Part shown: positions 54,174 through 62,066 of the stretch, in pieces
How the letters are laid out: each line of letters starts with the position of its first letter
Numbering within the stretch: position 1 is the stretch's first letter
Assembly (NCBI GenBank): GCA_963754875.1
Contig: CAVWHO010000020.1
Coordinates: 320,001 to 384,000 of the forward strand
From: Nitrospirota bacterium
Lineage (GTDB): Bacteria > Nitrospirota > UBA9217
DNA length: 64,000 bases
Direction: 5' to 3'
Position numbers and translations under genes: made by a program
Notes under the pieces: generated by a model
Told to the model about the DNA's origin: nothing
The model's input: only the letters and a program-made list of their open reading frames with translations
Databases searched by the model: none

Positions 54174-55025
54174 ATGACCCGCCCCCTTCGCATAGAATAC
54201 GCCGGAGCCGTCTACCACATCACCTCCCGCGGCAATGAAAAGAAGGCTGTTTTCAAAGACGACCAGGACCGCATCAACTTCCTGAACACGCTCCAGCATG
54301 TCAACAAGCGGTATAACTGGCTCTGTCATGCCTACTGCATGATGGACAATCATTATCACCTTCTGATCGAGACACCTGACGGCAATCTGTCCCTGGGTAT
54401 GCGGCAGTTGAACGGAGTCTATACGCAGCTTTTCAATAAACGTCATCAACGGACGGGCCATCTATTCCAAGGACGATACAAATCAATCCTCATTCAGAAG
54501 GACAGCCATCTTCTCGAAGTATGCAGGTACGTAGTATTAAATCCTGTCCGGGCGCGGATGGTTGAACGACCGGAAGCCTGGAAATGGTCCAGCTACCGTG
54601 CTACAGTGGGAAAGGAATCGCCGGCACCATGCCTGACAACGGACTGGGTCCTTGGGCAATTCAGCCGAAAGAGAACTGCGGCAGAGCAGAAATACCGGCA
54701 ATTCGTCGAATGGGGTATCGGCAAGGAGACTATCTGGAGAGAGGTAAAAGGACAGTCCATCCTGGGTGAAGACGATTTTGTGGAGGGACTCATCTCCCAT
54801 ATCAAGAAACATCAGAACATTCCTGAAATACCGAAGAGTCATCGCTATGTGAACAGACCGTCTCTCGACAAGATATTTCCGAAAAATGTGATCCTGGATA
54901 AGAGAAAACGAGATAAGAAGATCATTGATGCCGTGCAGAAATATGGTTATACTCAGCAGCAGATAGCCGCTCATTTGAGTATGCATTATTCAACGATCAG
55001 CAATCTGGTGAGGGGTAAGGCGTAA
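54174..55025 (+). CDS. REP-associated-type tyrosine (Y1/HUH) transposase with C-terminal HTH
   Basis: YHITSRGN, MDNHYHLL (HUH), GHLFQGRYKS, YVVLNPVRA, WSSY. C-terminal GYTQQQIAAHLSMHYSTIS. Confidence 0.9.
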   Translation: MTRPLRIEYAGAVYHITSRGNEKKAVFKDDQDRINFLNTLQHVNKRYNWLCHAYCMMDNHYHLLIETPDGNLSLGMRQLNGVYTQLFNKRHQRTGHLFQGRYKSILIQKDSHLLEVCRYVVLNPVRARMVERPEAWKWSSYRATVGKESPAPCLTTDWVLGQFSRKRTAAEQKYRQFVEWGIGKETIWREVKGQSILGEDDFVEGLISHIKKHQNIPEIPKSHRYVNRPSLDKIFPKNVILDKRKRDKKIIDAVQKYGYTQQQIAAHLSMHYSTISNLVRGKA

Positions 55026-55193
55026 CACCAAAATAAAAGACCTGACGCTTGACGGGTTCTAGTGATGCAGTTTCAGTTATTTCCATTTTGGAAAGCACTG
55101 ACGACGAAGGTGAACCTTTAAACTCACTTCTTGTCTTTTGCGCTAGACCGTTTCACTCGGAATTGTTATCATGCTATGTAAGGGGACCATCTG

Positions 55194-55790
55194 ATGTCAG
55201 AAAAGAATCCGCATGTCATTGTCATAGCCGGGCCGAACGGGGCCGGAAAATCGACGACAGCGCCGATGCTTCTCAAGGGGACGCTGGGTGTGACGGAGTT
55301 CGTGAATGCCGACGTCATCGCTCAGGGGCTCTCCGCGTTCCAGCCGGAGAGCGCGGCGTTCCATGCAGGCCGGGTCATGCTGGAGCGGCTGCACTTCCTT
55401 GCGAATGAGCGCGTGGATTTCGCATTTGAGACTACGCTGGCGAGCAGATCCTTTGCGCCCTGGATTGCAAAACTGAAGCAAAGCGGGTATACTTTCCACC
55501 TGGTGTTCCTGTGGCTTCCGAGCGCTGATTTTGCCGTTGCCCGCGTGGCCGAGCGGGTCCGCATGGGCGGGCATGATGTGTCTGAGGAAACCATTCGGAG
55601 GCGGTATAATAAGGGTATCGAGAACTTCTTCCGGCTTTACCGGCCGCTGTCGGACACGTGGCGGATGTATAATAATTCGGCCCGTATAGGACCACGGATT
55701 CTGGCTGATGGCGGGACTGGGAGAAGAGAAGCAACTTACGATCCGGCAACCTGGAGCATGATCAGAGGTGAACACAATGAGCGTAGCTGA
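55194..55790 (+). CDS. Zeta-toxin-like P-loop ATPase (COG4185 type)
   Basis: IAGPNGAGKST, FVNADVIA, FAFETTL, RVRMGGHDV, IRRRY. Confidence 0.85.
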   Translation: MSEKNPHVIVIAGPNGAGKSTTAPMLLKGTLGVTEFVNADVIAQGLSAFQPESAAFHAGRVMLERLHFLANERVDFAFETTLASRSFAPWIAKLKQSGYTFHLVFLWLPSADFAVARVAERVRMGGHDVSEETIRRRYNKGIENFFRLYRPLSDTWRMYNNSARIGPRILADGGTGRREATYDPATWSMIRGEHNERS

Positions 55791-55971
55791 AAAGAAAACA
55801 ATTGACGAACTCTTTCGCGACGGAAAAGAAATTGATATCGCTTTACGGAATGCCGTCCAGCAGGCTCTCTTGCAGCACAAGAAGGCCGGAAATCCTGTGG
55901 CCGAGTGGCGTGATGGCAAGGTTGTCTTGATCAAACCGGAAGATATTGTTGTTGAAGAGAATCAAAAGTAA
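55777..55971 (+). CDS. Small cognate partner (putative antitoxin) of the zeta-like ATPase
   Basis: Overlaps the ATPase stop. AVQQALLQHKKAGNPVAEWRDGKVV is typical of these partner proteins. Confidence 0.7.
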   Translation: MSVAEKKTIDELFRDGKEIDIALRNAVQQALLQHKKAGNPVAEWRDGKVVLIKPEDIVVEENQK

Positions 55972-56171
55972 AAACCCTCTCCGGGTTCCTTCCCTCTCAC
56001 ACAGCCCGCTCACCTTTGGAAAGCATCAATAAAAAAGCCCCAGTCTTAACGGCGACTGAGGCGCTGCCACGGTCCTGAACCATAGGTAATGGACCACCAG
56101 CCTTGCGGCTTGGCAATAATATACAGCAGTGAATAATAGAGTTCAAGCTAAAAGGAAAGGCATTATCAGTT

Positions 56172-56225
56172 ATGACATCTTCCGCAATCGTTCAAAAACT
56201 CTGGAACTACTGGGGGGGGCGATAG
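56172..56225 (+). pseudogene. 5' remnant of a type I hsdM gene
   Basis: MTSSAIVQKLWNY(W) versus MTPAAIVSKLWNYC of the intact hsdM at 58927. Shares AAAACTCTGGAACTACTG at DNA level. Confidence 0.75.
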
Positions 56226-56249
56226 GGTCACCCATTTAAAGGGCACCGT

Positions 56250-56625
56250 CAAGCGGAAAAAGCTATCTTGTGGCGAGAAACGAATGTTTCTCGCCGAGCC
56301 TTTTCGTTATCTTCATCATTACCATTGCCGCAGTTTCATTCGGTTTCGGTGTCAGTCTTCACTGCACCAGTCACCCATCGGGATTAAGGTCATTGGTGAA
56401 GCTCTTTATCCATGACCCTTTCCGCCTTATGGCGGACCAGAAAATCTTCGGTTCCATGCCGTGTCCAGGAGTTTGTACAGGTCTCATGGTTGTTAACCAG
56501 CCCCATGATGGCTCGCGGCATGGGCAGTAAAGATGCTGATAACGCTATAAAAGGGTGGGACGGATTACCAATCAGGTCTCGTGGTTTTTTGCCAACCCTA
56601 AGCCAGGTTCACCGTCCCAGCCAGC
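56250..56625 (-). ncRNA. Candidate bridge/seek RNA of the IS110 element
   Basis: Non-coding end with hairpins (56272-56295, 56348-56368, 56421-56436) and segments matching the target and donor junctions (56476-56484, 56413-56419, 56370-56378). Boundaries approximate. Confidence 0.7.
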
Positions 56626-57654
56626 CTATGAACTTTGTGTAAAGATTTTCTCCGGCATAAAGGGAACTCCATCTCGCATGATGTAGTACGCTGCCCGCGC
56701 CAGTTTGTGGGCCAGGGCTTGATGGGCTATCATGGCGTTGGTCTTTTGCATCTTGCGCTGGTAATATGCCCGGGCTTCCGGATAATAGCGCCGGGCGATC
56801 TCGGCAGCTTCGGAAAAGGCCCATGCCAGGTACTTGTTGCCGCTTTTCTTGTTCCCTTTGCCCTTTTTCTTGTCGTTGCTGATCCATTTGGTTGAAACTT
56901 TCCGGCAGTAGGAACAATAGTTGCCGACTTGCGCGAAGCGGCTGATCGGGCCGGTCTCCAGCATGATGGTAAGTCCCAACGTTTTACCCACTCCCGGCAA
57001 CGTGAGGAGATTTTTGTATGGTTCGCGCAGCTCCATTCTGTCTTCTATGATGCTCTCAACCGTTTTGATCTTGAGCGTCAGAAAATCTATGGACTCCTTG
57101 CTGATCTTGCCGGCCAAGGCCAGGTCCTCGTTCTGCTCAAGAAACGGCGCAACGCGATCCGTTTTCAATGCCTTGACGTCGTTCGTCTTGAGCCGGAACC
57201 CGTTGTTACGGCAAATGATGTTCTGCAAACTGATGATGAGCGAGGTCCTGAGCTTTACGAGATGACTTCGTTTGCGTAACAAGTCACGGACTGGTCGATC
57301 TTCTTTCGGGTAAATGTAGCCTTCGGGAAGGATCCCGAGCCGCAGCATCTCGGCCAGCCAGAAGGCATCATGCTGATCGTCTGAATACTTGAGCCCCTTA
57401 TATTGCTTTATCTCCGTAGGGTTTGCGAGATGCACCTTGTATCCTTCTGCCATGAGTGCATCCACCAACCAGTACCAGTTGTACGTGGACTCGATGACGA
57501 TGCCGATAATCGTATCCTTGTATGGTGCGAGAGCGGAAAGAATTTGTTCCGGATCATTGGGAAGCTTCTTTTTGAACACCCGTTTACCAGTTTCATCGAT
57601 GATCGCCAGATAACTGTTGCTTGAATGTAGATCAATTCCTGTGTACAATCTCAT
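56626..57654 (-). CDS. IS110-family DEDD recombinase/transposase
   Basis: GIDLH (D), IESTYNW (E), SDDQHDA (DD), LPGVG and the Tnp20-type C-terminal domain ending HKLARAAY. Confidence 0.95.
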   Translation of the reverse strand: MRLYTGIDLHSSNSYLAIIDETGKRVFKKKLPNDPEQILSALAPYKDTIIGIVIESTYNWYWLVDALMAEGYKVHLANPTEIKQYKGLKYSDDQHDAFWLAEMLRLGILPEGYIYPKEDRPVRDLLRKRSHLVKLRTSLIISLQNIICRNNGFRLKTNDVKALKTDRVAPFLEQNEDLALAGKISKESIDFLTLKIKTVESIIEDRMELREPYKNLLTLPGVGKTLGLTIMLETGPISRFAQVGNYCSYCRKVSTKWISNDKKKGKGNKKSGNKYLAWAFSEAAEIARRYYPEARAYYQRKMQKTNAMIAHQALAHKLARAAYYIMRDGVPFMPEKIFTQSS

Positions 57655-57832
57655 AAAGCACCTCCTGGGATAAGATTGGTCTCTTCTCCCAAGAGCATAT
57701 CAGAGCTTAACCACTCTGGTATGCTCTGGAGGTGCCCTTTATATGGTTATACAGGTCTTTTCTTCTTGATATCGCTTCTTTATGATATGGTGATATGGCG
57801 GTTGGAGCGGTGAGCGCGAATCGTCATCATTC

Positions 57833-58240
57833 CTAGCCCCGCCCGGCCCGGAGGGTTTCCCAGAATTGCCTCGGTGTGATGATGGGGATGTTTTTGTATC
57901 GCTCTAAAACGAGCAGATCCTTGTCGCCGGTTATAAGGTAGTCCGCATGTCCTGCATCGGCAGCGCCGAGAACGGGAAGGTCCTCGTTGTCGCGGCACTG
58001 CACAGCAGTCACCGGCAGCGGTACCGCAAGAATGGAATATTCTCTGAGATACGCCATGATGTCGTCGGCAATGGATGCTGGAAGCGCGATTTTTTGAATC
58101 AGTTTTTTACGAACTTCGGAAAGGATGTGCTCGCTGGTTATGACGGTGTGACCGGAAAGACAGAGTTCAAGAACGTCGGCGCTCAGGCCGCGCGCGGCAA
58201 ATGCCGCGATAATGACGTTCGTGTCCAGAAGGACTTTCAT
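57833..58240 (-). CDS. PIN-domain toxin (VapC-like)
   Basis: VLLDTNVII, CRDNED, ADYLITGDKDLL. Confidence 0.9.
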   Translation of the reverse strand: MKVLLDTNVIIAAFAARGLSADVLELCLSGHTVITSEHILSEVRKKLIQKIALPASIADDIMAYLREYSILAVPLPVTAVQCRDNEDLPVLGAADAGHADYLITGDKDLLVLERYKNIPIITPRQFWETLRAGRG

Positions 58241-58455
58241 GAAATAGCTTTGAATACATCTTCATCGGTCAGCAGGCCTTGTGATTCGGCAAACGGCAGG
58301 ACCTTTTTCCGCAACAGCTGAAACTGTTTGACCGAAAGGTAGCGGATAAGGGCATCTTTAATGATCTTGTCCTTCGATGTCTTTTCCGCTTTCATGACGG
58401 CTTCCAATTCTTTTTCGAGCTTGTCAGGTAATTTTATGGTAATACTTGATGGCAT
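58237..58455 (-). CDS. Ribbon-helix-helix (CopG-like) antitoxin
   Basis: ITIKLPDKL...IIKDAL..YL; GLLTDEDVF tail. 4-bp overlap with the PIN gene. Confidence 0.85.
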   Translation of the reverse strand: MPSSITIKLPDKLEKELEAVMKAEKTSKDKIIKDALIRYLSVKQFQLLRKKVLPFAESQGLLTDEDVFKAIS

Positions 58456-58473
58456 TGTTATCTCCTTTTATGT

Positions 58474-58707
58474 TTAACGCTTCTCTTCCCGGACTTCCTG
58501 TATCGCGTGAGCAATGTCTGATTCTATCTCGTCAGATGAATACTGCGAAGAACGGGCGTGGATTTTTCGCAGGATGCTGTCAAACCGCTTCTGCCATTCG
58601 TCATGGGAGAGGATTTTCAGCTCAACCTGTTCATGCTCTTTGAGGTCCATTTTCTGCAGCGGCTTGAGAACGCCGTTTTCGAATATTGCATTGACTACTT
58701 TGGACAT
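58474..58707 (-). CDS. DUF104/AF2212-like antitoxin family protein
   Basis: NAIFENGVLKPL..MDLKEHEQV signature. GGAGG RBS. Confidence 0.8.
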   Translation of the reverse strand: MSKVVNAIFENGVLKPLQKMDLKEHEQVELKILSHDEWQKRFDSILRKIHARSSQYSSDEIESDIAHAIQEVREEKR

Positions 58708-58926
58708 GCGGACCTCCTTTGCGATGGTTTCCGGGTTTTAATGCCGGGCAGTTTTACGCCCTCAATTGCAGAAGAGGTCACAACGGCTGTATAAAGCATG
58801 GATTTCCGCCGGGTTGGATTTTTGAGGTATGGATTAGTATTGATTAGCGAGTCTTTCTTCATAGGAATATTATAGTCGATATTAGAATCAAGTCAATCGA
58901 TTCTTAAAAGGAATAAAAGGGATTAT

Positions 58927-60495
58927 ATGACACCAGCAGCAATCGTTTCAAAACTCTGGAACTACTGTAACGTCCTCCGGGACGACGGAATGAGCTACGG
59001 CGATTATGTGGAGCAGCTCACGTACCTGCTGTTCCTCAAGATGGCCGACGAGCGCACGAAGCCGCCGTACAACCAGCCGAGCGCCGTGCCCGCGAAGTAC
59101 AACTGGCCGACGCTGCTCAAAAAAGACGGCGACGACCTGTTCGACCACTACCGCCACATGCTCGAAAGCCTGGGCAATGAAAAAGGTCTGCTCGGCCTGA
59201 TCTTCAACAAATCCCAGAACAAGTTTCAGGACCCTTCGAAGCTGCGACGGCTTGTTGTCGATCTGATCGATAAGGAAAACTGGTCGGTCATGAGCGCTGA
59301 TGTGAAAGGGGACGCATACGAGGGCCTCCTGGAGAAGAACGCACAGGATACCAAGTCCGGCGCAGGCCAGTACTTCACTCCCCGTCCTTTGATCCAGGCC
59401 ATGGTCGACGTGATCCAGCCGAAGCCGAAAGAGACCCTCTGCGATCCTGCGTGCGGGACCGGGGGCTTTCTCTTAGCTGCGCACGATTACGTGGTAAAGC
59501 ATAACCCGAACATGAGCGCCGATGAGAAGCGCAAACTCAAAGGCTCGACCTTTAAGGGCTGGGAGCTGGTCCAGAGCATGGCCCGGCTCTGCGCCATGAA
59601 CCTGATGCTCCACAGCATCGGGACCGACAAGGACCTTCCTATCATCGTTTCGGATTCTCTTGCTGCCGACCCGGGAGACAGGTTCGATATCGTACTGACC
59701 AATCCTCCCTTCGGGAAAAAGAGCAGCACCACTATCGTTGCTGAGAACGGCAAGGTATCACGGGAGACCGATATCATCGAGCGCGAGGACTTCTGGGCCA
59801 CGACGTCCAACAAACAGCTCAACTTCATCCAGCATGTAAAGACCCTTTTAAAACAGAATGGCCGCGCGGCGGTTGTCGTGCCGGATAACGTCCTGTTCGA
59901 AGGCGGGGCAGGGGAGACGGTCAGGAGAAAGCTCCTGCACGAGTGCGACGTGCATACCCTCCTGCGCCTGCCTACGGGCCTGTTCTACGCCCAGGGTGTG
60001 AAGGCGAACGTGCTGTTCTTCGACAAAAAGCCGGCAAGCGAAACACCTTGGACAAAGAAGCTCTGGATCTACGACCTCCGCACGAACATGCACTTCACGC
60101 TCAAGACGAGCTCCCTCCAGCGCTCAGATCTCGACGAGTTTGTGAAGAACTACAACCCCGAGAACCGCCATCAGCGTAAGGCTACCTGGAAGACTTCCCC
60201 CTCACCCCAGCCCTCTCCCCGAAGGGGCGAGGGAGTAAAAAATAAGCGCAAAACAAGTGGAGAGGAAGGTAAAAATGAAGGGCGCTGGCGGTCGTATACC
60301 TATGACGAACTCGTAAGCCGCGACAAGGCGAGCCTCGACATCTTCTGGCTCAAGGACGAATCCCTCGAAGCATCCGACAACTTGCCCGATCCCGACGTTA
60401 TCGCCCAGGAGATCGTGGAAGACCTGGAAGCTGCGTTGGAACAGTTTAGGGAGATTGTGGCTGATCTTGGTAGCAATAAGAAAAGTGCCGATTAA
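58927..60495 (+). CDS. hsdM: Type I restriction-modification N6-adenine methyltransferase subunit
   Basis: KLWNYCNVLRDDG, GQYFTPR, DPACGTGGFL, NPPF, VPDNVLF, LRLPTG, SLDIFWLKD. Confidence 0.93.
   Translation: MTPAAIVSKLWNYCNVLRDDGMSYGDYVEQLTYLLFLKMADERTKPPYNQPSAVPAKYNWPTLLKKDGDDLFDHYRHMLESLGNEKGLLGLIFNKSQNKFQDPSKLRRLVVDLIDKENWSVMSADVKGDAYEGLLEKNAQDTKSGAGQYFTPRPLIQAMVDVIQPKPKETLCDPACGTGGFLLAAHDYVVKHNPNMSADEKRKLKGSTFKGWELVQSMARLCAMNLMLHSIGTDKDLPIIVSDSLAADPGDRFDIVLTNPPFGKKSSTTIVAENGKVSRETDIIEREDFWATTSNKQLNFIQHVKTLLKQNGRAAVVVPDNVLFEGGAGETVRRKLLHECDVHTLLRLPTGLFYAQGVKANVLFFDKKPASETPWTKKLWIYDLRTNMHFTLKTSSLQRSDLDEFVKNYNPENRHQRKATWKTSPSPQPSPRRGEGVKNKRKTSGEEGKNEGRWRSYTYDELVSRDKASLDIFWLKDESLEASDNLPDPDVIAQEIVEDLEAALEQFREIVADLGSNKKSAD
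60197..60235 (+). repeat. REP-like palindromic element within the hsdM reading frame
   Basis: CCCCCTCACCCCAGCCCTCTCCCCGAAGGGGCGAGGGAG. Hairpin 60211-60233. Encodes SPSPQPSPRRGEG. Confidence 0.75.
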
Positions 60496-60507
60496 GGAGG
60501 TTACCAC

Positions 60508-60960
60508 GTGAAGTCAGGCAAACTTTTAAATAGAATACATAAACGTATTTTTTTGCAGTTCGTTCTAGCTCTTATTATTATCGGCGGATGTAGCCTTCAG
60601 CTCATTTCACCCTACGATGCGGACACTCAGCGCTCGACATTTGAATGCGCCAAGATGGTAGATCAGTTCTACGGCAAGATCCTTGAAACGGATGCACAGA
60701 ACCGCCAGTATACAAAATTTGCCGATCAGTACACGACAATTGAATCAGAACTTAGATCCCTTGTCCTTCGCAACAAGGTGCGAAAGCTTAACGAAGACTC
60801 TGTTAATATTTCTCAGCAAATATTAGCGCTCTGGCAGAAATACAAGGCTCGGCATAAGACGGACGACACCTACAGCACCGGCAATGCGGAATTAGACCGT
60901 GACCGCTTTGCGCGACTCTTCGCATATGCCGTGCGGGCCGAAGATGCGAAGAAACCGTAG
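60508..60960 (+). CDS. Hypothetical lipoprotein
   Basis: GTG after AAGGAGG, hydrophobic stretch plus GGC lipobox, ISPYD motif. Confidence 0.75.
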   Translation: MKSGKLLNRIHKRIFLQFVLALIIIGGCSLQLISPYDADTQRSTFECAKMVDQFYGKILETDAQNRQYTKFADQYTTIESELRSLVLRNKVRKLNEDSVNISQQILALWQKYKARHKTDDTYSTGNAELDRDRFARLFAYAVRAEDAKKP

Positions 60961-60987
60961 TGCGAACAATTGCCTGAGGAGACTGGT

Positions 60988-61452
60988 ATGTCATTTAACC
61001 CGGAACAGACAGAGAAGGATATGCTGGCATCAGCTCAAGCGGTCATGGGCACAGAATGGCTCAAGATAAAGGACGCGCTGCAGCAGGTGATAGATGGTGA
61101 GCGCGAAGCTCTCAAAAAGATTGCTGAGGCATATGCTCTTGGTAAAGTGAAAGTACCCCGCAGCAGAGCTGCGGGGCATCTGGCCTTGGAACCTAAAGAT
61201 ACATCGAAACAAGAGGCTAATCCTGACTACGTCAGGATGTCCTTTTCATCCCAGCAGCAGAGCTGCTGGGTATTTCAGGACGCTTTTATAAATGAAGATG
61301 ATCTCAAGAGCCAACTAGAGGACGAGAAAAAAACATTTAATGCTGGTCTTTCCATGGTGCATGCGGTGAAAAGGGCATCTGTACAAAACGCTGTCAATGC
61401 GGCCTTGGGAACATTCTGGAAGGCGGTTTCTGCTGCTGTTAAACCAGGCTGA
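60988..61452 (+). CDS. Hypothetical helical protein carrying an in-frame hairpin-rich insertion
   Basis: GAGGAG RBS. Amphipathic helical sequence interrupted by an atypical segment at 61147-61287. Confidence 0.7.
   Translation: MSFNPEQTEKDMLASAQAVMGTEWLKIKDALQQVIDGEREALKKIAEAYALGKVKVPRSRAAGHLALEPKDTSKQEANPDYVRMSFSSQQQSCWVFQDAFINEDDLKSQLEDEKKTFNAGLSMVHAVKRASVQNAVNAALGTFWKAVSAAVKPG
61147..61287. mobile_element. Miniature palindrome-ended non-autonomous element (IS200/IS605- or HUH-dependent type)
   Basis: Perfect 9-bp hairpins CCCCGCAGC-AGA-GCTGCGGGG (61156-61176) and CCCAGCAGC-AGA-GCTGCTGGG (61250-61270), plus central ATCCTGAC-TAC-GTCAGGAT. Boundaries inferred. Confidence 0.65.
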
Positions 61453-61580
61453 TTATCATACAAACTTGCTATTTTGATTTCAACGCCATCTCCTTTCATT
61501 CTGTTATCCTGTCGGGTCCAAACAAGCCCTTGCCGATTTTATCAATTTCCTGCAGACTTCATACCGAGGGTGCTTTGAGT

Positions 61581-62066
61581 ATGCCTAAGACGATGACCCG
61601 CCTGTCGGAGGAGGAACACCTGTAACCGTTAAAAACGGCATAACCCTGACCTCGGGAGCATACCGGGTAAGCTCGATCAATCTCAGCGGGAGCGGTAAAG
61701 GCACCATTAACGGCAATGTAACACTCTACAAAACGGGCAGCGTAAATCTTTCCGGCAGCTCACAGATCGTGATTTTTCCGGGTAGTTCGCTGACCATCTA
61801 TATTAACGGCAGCCTCAATGTTAGCGGAGGATCAATAGTAAACCAGACGCTCAGTCCGCACAATCTGACGATTTATGGGACCCCGACCTGTACTTCTGCA
61901 AGTTATTCAGGAAGCAGCCTCCTCTATGGGGTCATTTACGCACCTGCTGCTAGGACGGCGCTTTCCGGAGGAGTCAATGTCTACGGGTCTATAATCGGGA
62001 AATCGGTAGCTATGTCCGGCGGCGGCTGTTCACTATGACTACAGCCTGGGGAATACCGCAAATTGA
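61581..62066 (+). pseudogene. C-terminal fragment of a Gly/Ser/Asn-rich beta-helical (PilX/pilus-tip adhesin-like) protein
   Basis: Frame open from 61589: ..SINLSGSG..LTIYINGSLNVSGG..YGVIYAP..VYGSIIG.. An extra G at 62024-62025 disrupts the terminal GGAVHYD motif. No N-terminal domain or signal peptide. Confidence 0.55.

Larger units (their letters stand above)
54121..55049 (+). mobile_element. RAYT-like HUH (Y1) transposase unit delimited by 20-bp inverted repeats (STIR-type)
   Basis: Left AGGGTCAGGTCTTTTAATTT (54121-54140) and right AAAATAAAAGACCTGACGCT (55030-55049) are 18/20 inverted matches tightly flanking the transposase gene. Confidence 0.75.
56231..57753 (-). mobile_element. IS110-family (IS1111-type) insertion sequence, ~1.52 kb
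   Basis: Sub-terminal inverted repeats CCATTTAAAGGGCACC (56232-56247) and GGTGCCCTTTATATGG (57731-57746), 15/16. CA core at both junctions (56229-56230, 57752-57753). Long non-coding end downstream of the transposase. Confidence 0.88.

Noticed and set aside
56270..56642. ORFs 56270-56530 and 56412-56642 as passenger genes of the IS
   Set aside because: No RBS or motifs. The region is better explained as the structured guide RNA.
57795..57835. ATGGCG...GCGCGAATCGTCATC (ARIVI) as the start of a second, lost Y1 transposase behind the third repeat
   Set aside because: Suggestive position, but too short and out of frame with the ATG to support.
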